From contig OX597814.1 in assembly GCA_951406725.2 (NCBI GenBank), forward strand, positions 35,278,001-35,342,000: a stretch of DNA of 64,000 nucleotides, written 5' to 3'. The stretch's first letter is position 1. Each line of letters starts with the position of its first letter. Below the pieces are notes generated by a model. That model was not told the DNA's origin. It worked only from the letters and a program-made list of their open reading frames with translations, and ran no database searches. Both the position numbers and the translations under genes were made by a program. Shown one piece after another: positions 54,355 through 64,000 of the stretch. Source of the DNA: Octopus vulgaris. Lineage: Eukaryota.

Positions 54355-55494
54355 CGTTTTTTCTTCTTCTTCCAAATTTGCTTCCATTTCTTGCCGAGTG
54401 TCTTCCCGATTCCTAGGGCAAAGAAACTCATAGTATACATTGGTAAGCCATTAAACTAAACTCACTAGTTCGTTCATTTTTTTTTAAAGTTAAATTAAAA
54501 TACATGGGTAGTAATAGTTTTCACATCTACAATGCTCTTCTCAATACGTGTGATGTACCAGTTAAGACAATCTTTTGCACTTCTTGCAGGTAATCCAGGG
54601 ATCATTCTCATATAATTTTCGGTTCCCTTGTTGATCATTCCTAGTGCTCCTACGATCACTGGTATTGTAACCGCCTTGAGATGCCACATTTTCTCAATTT
54701 CAATGAGCAGGTCTTTATATTTTCTGAGCTTGTCAAACTCTTTCACCGAGATATTATGATCACAGGGGATGTTCATGTCGATCAATAAGCAAACTTTATT
54801 GTTTTGGTCTTTCACAACAATATCCGGTTTATTGGGTTTGATGGTTCGGTCTGTATGTACTGGAAAGTCCCACAGAATCGTTACATTTTCTCCTTCAGTT
54901 ACAGCTTCAGGGTGGTGATTATACCACTTGTCGGCAGTTTTGATATTGTAATGCCGATTTATTAGCCTTTGTAGATATTGGCCAACTCTGTCATGTCTTA
55001 ATATATACTCCACTGGTGCTAAGACTTTACATCCAGAGATTAGGTGGTCCACTGTTTCAATCATGTCGTTGCAGAATCGGCATTTTGGGTCTGCTCCATT
55101 TTTCATCACGTTGGCCTGGTAGTTCCGGGTTAATAGGCTTTGATCTTGAGCAGCCAGGATGAAACCTTCGCTCTCTGCTTTTAGCCCTGAGCTCCGTAGC
55201 CACTGATGGGTTTGCTTCTGGTCAACATCAGCTTGTTTGCTACGGGCCACATATTTGCCGTGCAGAGGTTTCTCCCCCCACCTATCAGCCAATTGCTCGT
55301 GCGCTTTTTTCGTTGCCATTATTTTCACCTTCTTTGCAACAATAGTTGCCGTACTTCCCTCGGGTTGTTCAGTTTGGGTATCCTGCACAAGATCAATAGC
55401 AAATTTTTTGCTTTCCTTTATGATAGAATGAAGCTTCTTTCGTCTCTCGTGATTTTCCACGAGCTTTAGCATCCAGTCATTCGTTATTTCAAGA

Positions 55495-55497
<3 letters not shown>
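54355..55497 (-). mobile_element. 5'-truncated, relatively young R4/Dong-like LINE (CCHC + RLE) flanked by (TAA)n
   Basis: ORF 54495-55472: AAQDQSL, CRFC...ETVDHLISGC, RHD, ILWDF, NKPDIV, KYKDL..EI, PVIVGALG. Confidence 0.93.
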
Positions 55498-55540
<43 letters not shown>

Positions 55541-55552
55541 GTTATTATTATT

Positions 55553-55584
<32 letters not shown>

Positions 55585-56275
55585 CTTTCCCCAGCTTTTA
55601 ACGCTGGAGATATGTTCTACGATGTCAGCTGTTCACTACCGGTGAACTAAGGTAACACCTCTTATTTTTCGAGCACCTTCTGGAGTATTCGAGCGGTTCC
55701 AAGCAGTGTTGTTTTCTGTACGTGCTCCATCCTTATTGCAGCCCCTATTTCTTCCACGTACTCCCCGAGATTTTTACTCACTGTTCCCAGGGATCCGACA
55801 ATTATTGGTACTACTGTCACCTTTTTCATTGACCACAACTGCTAACTTGTCATATCTATTGAGTTTCTTCCTTGTCGCATACCTTGTTGTCAGCTGGGCA
55901 TGCTATACCTATGATCCAGCATCGTTTACTCTCTTTCTCAATTAACACTATGTCTGGTTTTCTATTCTCTCTATCTCATGGTCACACTGAATCATAAAAT
56001 CCCATAGGATCTTTGCCTTATCATTTTTGATGACGCCTTCGGGTTTATATTCATACCACGTTTTTGCTCTCTGAAGTCCATTGTCGTTGCAAAGTGTCCA
56101 ATGGACAATCTTTACTGTGTTGTCATGACGTCTATTATATTCTTTCTGGAGCTAGTGGCCTACATTGACAGGTAGTATGCCATACGGTTTCACCAATTTG
56201 TCCACAGATTCTGCACTTATGACTTTCTGGTGTGTTTATTTTGTATTTGATGTAATTCGTTCTTAGTACTTGCTT
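55585..56275 (-). pseudogene. Decayed R4/Dong-like 3' fragment
   Basis: RTNYIKYKI, KCRICGQ.GETVWH, KEYNRRHDN, KILWDF motifs. Confidence 0.8.
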
Positions 56276-56284
56276 GTATGTTTA

Positions 56285-56485
56285 TGAGCGAAACACCTAA
56301 GTTCTACATAACTCCAGCAGAAGGTAATTGCGAACTTCTGCTGACTCTTTGATCAGAACTTTCTCTCACTCTTTCCTCCTGTGTCTAGTAGCTCACCTAC
56401 AACGGACCGGCGTCCCGTCCTGTTGGGGAACCTATACGCCAACGAATCCGGGAAAATGGCCCTTATGAGCCAGGTAGGGATCGAG
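56285..56485 (+). mobile_element. Headless chimeric SINE body
   Basis: 5' part resembles the family C body (gagcgaaacacctaa); 3' part resembles the 62215-62320 tail (ggcgtcccgtcc...ggggaac). Confidence 0.55.
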
Positions 56486-56499
56486 AAGGAACGAACAGA

Positions 56500-56850
56500 C
56501 AACAGCCTTTCGTCATCTGTCAGGTCACACCAAGGATCTCAGACAGATGATACTTTCATTAAGATGTGCGCTGTGCCCAATAAGGCTGCTTTTTGCAAGG
56601 TATCAATCTGGCATGGGATTTCCAGTTGCCTTAAGAACTTTTGAAATTTCAATGGGATTGAGCCCAACGCTCCGATCATCACTGGTATCATTGTGCATGT
56701 GTTTTGTTTCTCTCCAGTTCTTTCATTGTGTCTCGACAGTATGTTTTGATCTCTTTCTCAATTTGGTTGGCATAGCCCAGATTTTTATGGCCAGGTCGTT
56801 GTCATGTACCATGTTTGATTCATATTTACACTTCTTGGAGAGTCATTGAA
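56500..56850 (-). pseudogene. R4/Dong-like 3' end fragment
   Basis: Minus strand IPVMIGALGS...LQKAALLGTAHILMKV. Confidence 0.75.
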
Positions 56851-58275
56851 GATGTACGTGGAACAAAATTCTGCGCTTGGTCAAAACAAGGGCAATTAAA
56901 AAACGAAATGGAGAATCTAATTGTTACAGCTCAGGATCAAGCGATCCTGAACAAATGTCAGCTTTAGTCACTTGAGCACTAAACACTGGATTATATCAGG
57001 TTATAAAAGTGATACTGAGCTAGCCATAAATGATCGTCCCAAAGCCCCTGATTTTAAACTTGTGTCTCTTTATGTATTGCGGTTGAAACCTAAGCATCAA
57101 TCCCACATGTTGCTGTACCTAGCCATCAGTCAGACTCTTTCATAAATTCTATTCAGGTTGATTGAGCTATGACTGTCTTCAAGGCTCAATGAATGTTGCT
57201 CCCTATCTCATGTTTTCGCATCGAAGCATCGGGATATTGCTGAGTAGATGAGTAGATACAGCTGTCCAATCGAAAACATGTGTGTATATAATCAGATTTG
57301 GTAAGGACTGGGCAGCCATAGATGATGTGGTTAACCTCTCATTGTGCTAGCTGCATTAACTGTTAGGACTAATTTTCATTATTTTGTCATTAAAATTGTT
57401 TCTGCTCATGCATTAACCTTGTGCTAAAAGAATCATCCTTCTCTGCTCTTCCCCTCCTCCGCCTCTCCTCCCCTCATCATCATCATCATCAGCAGCAGCA
57501 GTCGTCCAAGAATTTGGAAATGGAGATCTCCATTTCCAGCAACTTCGAGGGCCACCTCCCAGTGGTGTCGGGCGTCAACGAAGAGCCCTCGACTACAAGA
57601 CGACCAAAGTTGTTTTTTCCAAGGTCTGGGGTCTCCCGCCCCTAAGCCCTTCACCATCACCTAATCACCCTTACCCGTCTTGTTGCTTAACAACAACAAT
57701 AACAGCAGCAGCAGCAGTAGAAGGCAATGGTAGTAGTAGTAGTAGTAGTAGTAGTAATCAATCAGCAACAAACCACATAAAGAGGAAAAGAAAGAGCTCT
57801 ATAATTTATATTGAAAGAGCTCTATAATTTATTTTGAAAAATACACCAGCAAACCGTTTCCTATAAATCATAAAAGGCAAAAACTTTGCTAGGCAGCGGT
57901 CACTGAAGGCAAAGCAATGTCAACTGTAATCGATGTTGAAAAGCTCGGGACCACATAAAGCCAAGAGGTGTCAAGAGCTGAAAATTTGCTCGAGGGTGCA
58001 ACTACTGAATACGTGAAAGCAACACGAAAATAAAAACAAAGATAATGAAATAGTAGGAAGAAATGTTGAAATATATAAAAATAAAAACACCGCCATATTG
58101 ATTCAATAAATCCGTGGTATGATCAAACTAAAGTAACCTTCCTGCATTAAATTTGTAAGCTAGAGAAATTCTATTAAAGCGGTGCAGAAGACGGTGTGAA
58201 TAACGTTCGGGATATGATTGAAAGAGAAAACCAAAATCGTAATGAACCTATAGTATATAGGTATGTACGGCAAAC

Positions 58276-58611
58276 GCATGGCTCAGTGGTTAGAGCGTCA
58301 AGCTTACGATCGTGAGGTTGTGAGCTCGAATCCCGGACCGGGCTGCGTATTGTGTTCTTGAGCAAGGCACTTTATTTCACGTTGCTCCAGTTCACTCAGC
58401 TGTAGAAATGAGTTGCGACGTCACTGGTGCCAAGCTGTATCGACCTTTGTCTTTCCCTTGGATAACACTGGTGGCGTGGATGGGGGAGGCTGGTATGCAT
58501 GGGCGACTGCTGGTCTTCCATAAACAACCTTGCCCGGACTTGTGTCTAGGAGGGTAACTTTCTAGGTGCAATCCCATGGTCATTCATGACCGAAGGGGGT
58601 CTTTACCCTTT
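58276..58611 (+). mobile_element. SINE family D with TSD
   Basis: gcatggctcagtggttagagcg...gagctcgaatcccgg tRNA-like head; TSD tacggcaaac at 58266 and 58612. Confidence 0.9.
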
Positions 58612-58819
58612 TACGGCAAACAAGAAACATTAGCTGTGTGATAAGAAGCTAGCTTCCCTACCACATGGTTAGGGGTTAAGTCCCAATTTGTGGCACATCA
58701 GGCAAGTGTCTTCTACTATAGCCTTGCACTGACCAAAGCCTTGTGAGTGGATTTGGTGGACTGAAACAGAAAAAAGCCCTTCGTATGTGTGTATGTGTGT
58801 GTGTCTTTGTGCGTGATGT

Positions 58820-59232
58820 ACTCTTTTACTCTTTTATTTGTTTCAGTCATTTGACTGTAGCCATACTGGAGCACCGTCTTTAGTCAAGCAAATCGACCCC
58901 ATGACTTATTCTTTCGAAGCCAAGTACTTATTCTGTTGGTCACTTTTGCCGAACCGCTAAGTACTGGGGAAGTAAACACACCAGCATCAGTTGTCAAGCG
59001 ATGCTGGGGGGGGGGGGACAAACACAGACACATAAACATATACACACACATACATATATATATACATATATACGACGGGCTTCTTTCAGTTTCCGTCTAC
59101 CAAATCCACTCACAAGGCTTTGGTCGGCCCGAGGCTATAGTAGAAGATACCTGCCCAAGGTAACACGCAGTGGGACTGAACCCGGAACCATGTGGTTAGT
59201 AAGCAAGCTACTTAGCACACAGTCACTCCTAC
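58820..59232 (-). mobile_element. Full-length SINE family A inserted antisense into an older family A copy (58630-59405, +)
   Basis: Head aggagtgactgtgtgctaagtagc...ggttcagtccc; the flanks are the 5' and 3' halves of the same family on the + strand. Confidence 0.85.
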
Positions 59233-60019
59233 ACTCCTATGTGTTTACGTTCCCGTAACTTAGCGGTTCGGTAAAAAGAGACCGATAGCATAAATACCAG
59301 GCTTAAAATAAAAATAAGTATTGGGGTCGAATCGCTCGATTAAAATTCTTAAAGGCAATGCTCCAGCATGGCCGCAGTCTAATGATTGAAACAATTAAAT
59401 TATAAAAAAAGTTAACTATCTACAGAAGTACATCAACATTTGTAGATAGTGGTTTTCGAAAAGATTAGAAAATTCGATGAATTAACCGACATCACTGAAG
59501 TAAACAAGCCACAGAGTAAAATCTATTACACTGTAAATATGTGATGTGAGGTGAGATTCTGGATATCCCATACTTGGTGGAATTTGGTGATGGTAAGGTT
59601 TTACTGCATTCGATCTTGTAAAATTTCATGTATATAATGTAGTCAGCTAAATATGCTTAAATGCGAATAACTGGACCACATCTGTCGACAATCACCCATC
59701 TCTTTCACAGATTCAAAGGAATTCCGAGATAATTAAGAAGTCTATAGATGGTTACGTGGCGTGCTAAAAATAGTAACCATTAGTCTCTCACATCACGCTG
59801 CCGTCTTAAACATACAACTATCGGATAATACGGTTTTAGATAGAATGTGCCTGAAAATAAGGAACTGCGTGGTGATGACTGCTGGAATAGTTTTCATCGT
59901 AAGTCCGAGAGACCAGATCTGACCTTGAGACAAGCAACAACAACAACGCAGTCTCCGCTCCCCTGTGGTATCATTTTTATTCTGTTCTAGCCTTCATTAA
60001 AGAAGACTAGTACTGACTC

Positions 60020-60520
60020 TATCCAAGATAGTCATAGCTCTATCAACTGGAATAGGATTTATGGAAGTGTCTGTCTAACTTGAAGACTGACGGCTAAGTA
60101 AAGCAACATGTCGAATTGATGTGTGAGTTTCAACCATAATACATAGGCCAGAGCAGTACAACTTTAAAATTAGGGACCTTGGCACAAACATTTACGGCTG
60201 ACTCAGTATCACTTTTATAGCCCGATATGATCGAGTGCTGAGTGCTCAGGTGACTAAATCTGACAGTTCTCCAAAGGCGGCCAGAGTGAATGTACAACTT
60301 AATTTGAAAACCACAGGGCTGATCCCAGAGCTCAGCTCCATCGTGGACGTGGAAACAAAAGCAATAACATTGGTGATATGATACAACGTAGAAAACTAAA
60401 CTGTTATACTTGTGGCAGTAAAAACTATTTGAAAACTCTCTGTCCTGAGGAACAAAAAAGGCATAGGAAAAAAGTGCGGTGGACAGCAGTAGAAACAGCA
60501 GCAACGTTTCAGGAGGATAG
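60020..60520 (+). pseudogene. Very decayed RTE-like relic; homologous inverted piece at about 56955-57182
   Basis: DLGTNI...AQVTKS and DMIQRRKL fragments; 60025-60265 aligns by eye with the reverse complement of 56955-57182. Confidence 0.45.
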
Positions 60521-61368
60521 CGTCGCTTGAATATTACCAATCGCACTACTGGTTGCAAATCCGTGTATGGAAGAACTTGCTTCATACTCAGAACTAAATT
60601 CGACGAAGCTATATCCCCACTTTCCAGTAGTTTCAGCCCATCCTCTTGTCGTTCCCGTTTCATTTGCAAGACACAAGAAGTCCGGCCTTATATATATATA
60701 TATAAAGACAAAGGTGCGAAACACGTTAAACCTTTGATAATTCTGAGGAGGGAAAGTACTATTTTAGAGAGAAGTGACTATTTACTGGTACAGTAACCGG
60801 ACATTTGTTAGACCACGAAGTACAATAATACAAAATCTATAACCTGCATTCTCGTCCACCCTTTTAGTTCTCAAACCCTTTGCCGACGGTTCCAAAAAGC
60901 ATGTCTCATATTTAGAAATTAGCCTTTCTTTTTCTAATTTCCAACACACAGTTCCCCAACTCCAACCTTACATAAATTACCTGGAGATGCATTTCCAAAC
61001 GAAAAAACAGCTAAGGGTGAAAATCTGTCAAATCCACAATGTTGCAATATGGACTCAGTACCAAACAGCATGGGATACAACCACTTATTACACTCACAAT
61101 ATAAATATGCTTCATGTTTAGAAAGCAAATTTATTAAGAATTACAACACATTCACAATATTCACAACACATCAGAAGATTTAGTCAAATGAATCAAAATA
61201 ACGAACAAACTCACTTAGAACTCTCACCGTAGAAGGTCGTCAGTAAGAAAGATTTCTGATTTAGGTACAAAACTTTGAGTGGAGTGTATTATTTGGTACT
61301 ACCAATTCCATTACTTTGCGGGTGCTTTATTTTATCGACCCTGAGAAATGAAAAGCAAAGTTGAGCTC

Positions 61369-61603
61369 GGCGGCGAGCTGGCAGAAACGTTAGCACGCCG
61401 GGCGAAATGCTTAGCGGTATTTCGTCTGCGTTACGTTGTGAGTTCAAATTCCGCCGAGGTCGACTTTGCCTTTCATCCTTTCGGGGTCGATAAATTAAGT
61501 ACCAGTTACGCACTGGGGTCGATGTAATCGACTTAATACCTATGTCTGTCTTTGTTTGTCCCCTCTATGTTTAGCCCCTTGTGGGTAATAAAGAAATAGG
61601 TAT
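61369..61603 (+). mobile_element. Full-length SINE family B nested antisense in an older related copy
   Basis: Intact ggcggcgagctggcagaaacg...aataaagaaataggtat; flanks 61255-61368 and 61605-61690 are a diverged minus-strand copy. Confidence 0.9.
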
Positions 61604-62201
61604 TTAAGCTCAGAATGTAAAGACCTAGAACAAACACTACAAGGCATCGTTTCCTACACTTTAACAATCCAACCAGATCGGCACATTCGCCAACATAATA
61701 TTAATAATAGTGGCGTGCAAATATTAGATCCATCATGGATTAGGCTAGTCCTCCCGAGACCTCCAGTCTGCTCACATTAAACAACAGCCAAGAATATAAA
61801 GTAACGCATTTCATACTATTATAGGCTGCACACAGACCACACTTAAAGACCAAACACTCAGGATGCCAACGAGGGAGCTTCTAAGTGGTTGTTCTATCCG
61901 CTAGAAATAGTAGTAAAAAACAATTTCAAATGACAACGTGCACTCTAAAAAGATACATTGGGTAGTGTTGTTAAAAGTACACTTCATTTGAAAAAGTTCA
62001 AAAGGTCATAAATCGAATATTTTAATCATCGGTCTACTTGATAAGAGTCAGCTGAGGGTTAAACAACAACAACAACGACGACAACAACAATAACAACAAC
62101 CAAATACTAAATTCAAGAATTCTTAAAATGTATAAGAACTACTTAGACATGCAGGGTGCAGATTTAGTAGCGGCAGCTAATTCTGACCTCCACAAAGCCT
62201 T

Positions 62202-62462
62202 AAAATAAAATAAATGCGTCCTTTTAAAGCCTAGCCAGGCTATTGGGCCCGATTTCCCGGTTTCTATGTCGTATGTGTTCCCCAGCTGGACGGGACGCCA
62301 GTCCATCGTAGCGTTACTCATTTTTGCCGGCTGAGTGGACTGGAGCAACGTGAAATGAAGTGGTTTGCTCAAGAACACAGCGCGTCGCCCGGTCCAGGAA
62401 TCGAAACCACAATCTTACGATCATGGTGCTGATACCCTAACCATTAAGCCACGCGCCTCAAC
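62202..62462 (-). mobile_element. tRNA-derived SINE (family D-like head, distinct tail) with TSD
   Basis: TSD ccacaaagcctt at 62190 and 62463; head gaggcgcgtggcttaatggttaggg...ggtttcgattcc. Confidence 0.88.
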
Positions 62463-62699
62463 CCACAAAGCCTTGCAAGCACATAATTCATAATTCACTC
62501 TCACAATCACAGAACAAAAACATTAAACCTTCCTCACAGTCATGATTAATATCAAGAAATGCATATTCAACAAACACAGCATCAAATCCAATAGTTTTGA
62601 CGAAATACCGCTAGCATTTCGCCCGGCGTGCTAACGTTTCTGCCAGCTCGCCGCCTTATGTTTCAGCAGACTCGTCTGTCGCCACTATGGTCCAAGTGA

Positions 62700-63350
62700 A
62701 GCTACAAAGTTCACAGAAGCACTCTGAGAAGTGGATAAATTGCCAATAGTGCATACAGCACCGCAGCTATAAACTATTGTATGTAATAAGTAGGGTGAGT
62801 CATGGTATATCTGGAAGAATGGACGGGTAAGCGGCAAAATTATAGCGGTGGAGAAACGAAGTAATTTGAGAATTTTGCTGCTGGTATAACATAACCACCT
62901 GACACAAAGGTTACTGAAATATGGAAAGCAGCGGAAACCCCAAGGGAAATAAAAGAATTAAATATCTAAGCTCCCATCTGAGAGCGGAAATGATATGGAG
63001 TCCAACACCCTAACTACTAAGCCATGCGTCACCACAAGCTTTGCAATATCATATGATAACAGATTGTAAACTAGAGAAATCTGAAGAAATTGAAAAAAGT
63101 TGAGAAATACCAGAGAAATGAAGAGATTGCAAACGACAAAGGGGACGACTGTTTCTGTGGTAGTTGGTATACTTGACGCAGCATCCAAACTATTACCTAA
63201 GTAGCTAAAGGATATTGGAACTGAAACACGCTTTGTTGACTTGCAGAAAAGTGCCATTTTGTATTCTGCATGAATTCTGGGAAAGAATGCTGAGATTTGA
63301 GGAATCTTGTTTTCAGCAAACTTCGCCGGAAGCGACCGTTCCTCTGCACT
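62700..63350 (+). pseudogene. Decayed R4/Dong-like 3' fragment
   Basis: EEIEKVEKYQ...VSVVVGILDA...DIGTETRFVDLQKSAILYSA. Confidence 0.7.
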
Positions 63351-64000
63351 TACTACTCTTAAGTAGGGAAATAGAGGAAGAAAATGCTAGTGTGTCGAGC
63401 ACTTAGAAAACATGAAGAAAATATTTGTCCTTGTTCTTGAGTATTGAGAAATAGAGAAAGACCACAAATAAAGCGTAAACGTATTGTGGAAGAGAGAGAG
63501 AGGAAAAATATGTGAAGAACGAGTTTGGATATGACTAAGCAAATAGCTCATAAATGGCTCAGATTCTCTGAAAGTGTGATAGTATTATTGTCTTATTATG
63601 TAGAGTAGGTTAAGCTTAACATAAGCATACTGTCATGGATTTCATTTTAAAGATGTGCGGCTTTGCTGAGGGAAATTTGCCTATTATGAAGTTGTTATGT
63701 CGATCTACAGAAGAATATTAGAATAGTGTAGTGGGTGTTTGAGGAGCAAGGAATCTATCCTTTCTATTCCTTAGCCACTTAATGGTAATTTAGCAGAGAA
63801 ATATCTATCTTTATGGAAGAGTTTAAAGAAAATAATAAATGTTAAGCTGAATTCTTCTGTAGTTGAGAATATTTCTTTTATTGTCACCTTTCTTCTGAAC
63901 TTTATCAATCAATGTTAGACAGAACTAATAGTGTGAAATTCCCATAGTATCAGAGAAGTCTATTATTATTAAGGCTGTATTTGATTGCTACAAAGAAAAT

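Noticed and set aside
58276-58345. tRNA-like sequences at SINE heads
   Set aside because: They continue into SINE bodies with TSDs and lack a complete cloverleaf and terminator; not tRNA genes.
60130-60669. 179-aa minus-strand ORF
   Set aside because: No recognisable domain; overlaps the antisense strand of a decayed LINE whose inverted homologue at about 57 kb does not keep the frame.

Overview
AT-rich, microsatellite-dense eukaryotic genomic DNA with no convincing host protein-coding gene, so it is probably intergenic or a large intron. The tRNA-derived SINEs and the (TA)n/(TAA)n/(TACA)n load resemble an octopus (coleoid cephalopod) genome; this is an inference. The window is a mosaic of decayed retroelements: many R4/Dong-like LINE pieces (RT, CCHC, RLE endonuclease), RTE, CR1 and I/Jockey-like relics, Penelope-like elements (PLEs; RT thumb plus GIY-YIG) and at least four SINE families with TSDs. 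It also holds a mariner relic, a non-autonomous Helitron and a Helentron-type HINE. Most listed ORFs are microsatellite or antisense artefacts. Notable signals: (1) a young, ORF-less 808-bp element at 41536-42343 with a 571-nt unit, a hammerhead ribozyme inside a long hairpin, a 94-bp terminal redundancy and a perfect 145-bp inverted arm (retrozyme/circular-RNA-like); (2) about nine hammerhead motifs in short elements next to (TA)n tracts; (3) an HDV-like ribozyme candidate in a non-coding RTE derivative; (4) a LINE split by an inversion with locally templated insertions; (5) an unexplained multi-branch RNA-like fold near 57.5 kb. All alignments and folds were done by eye.
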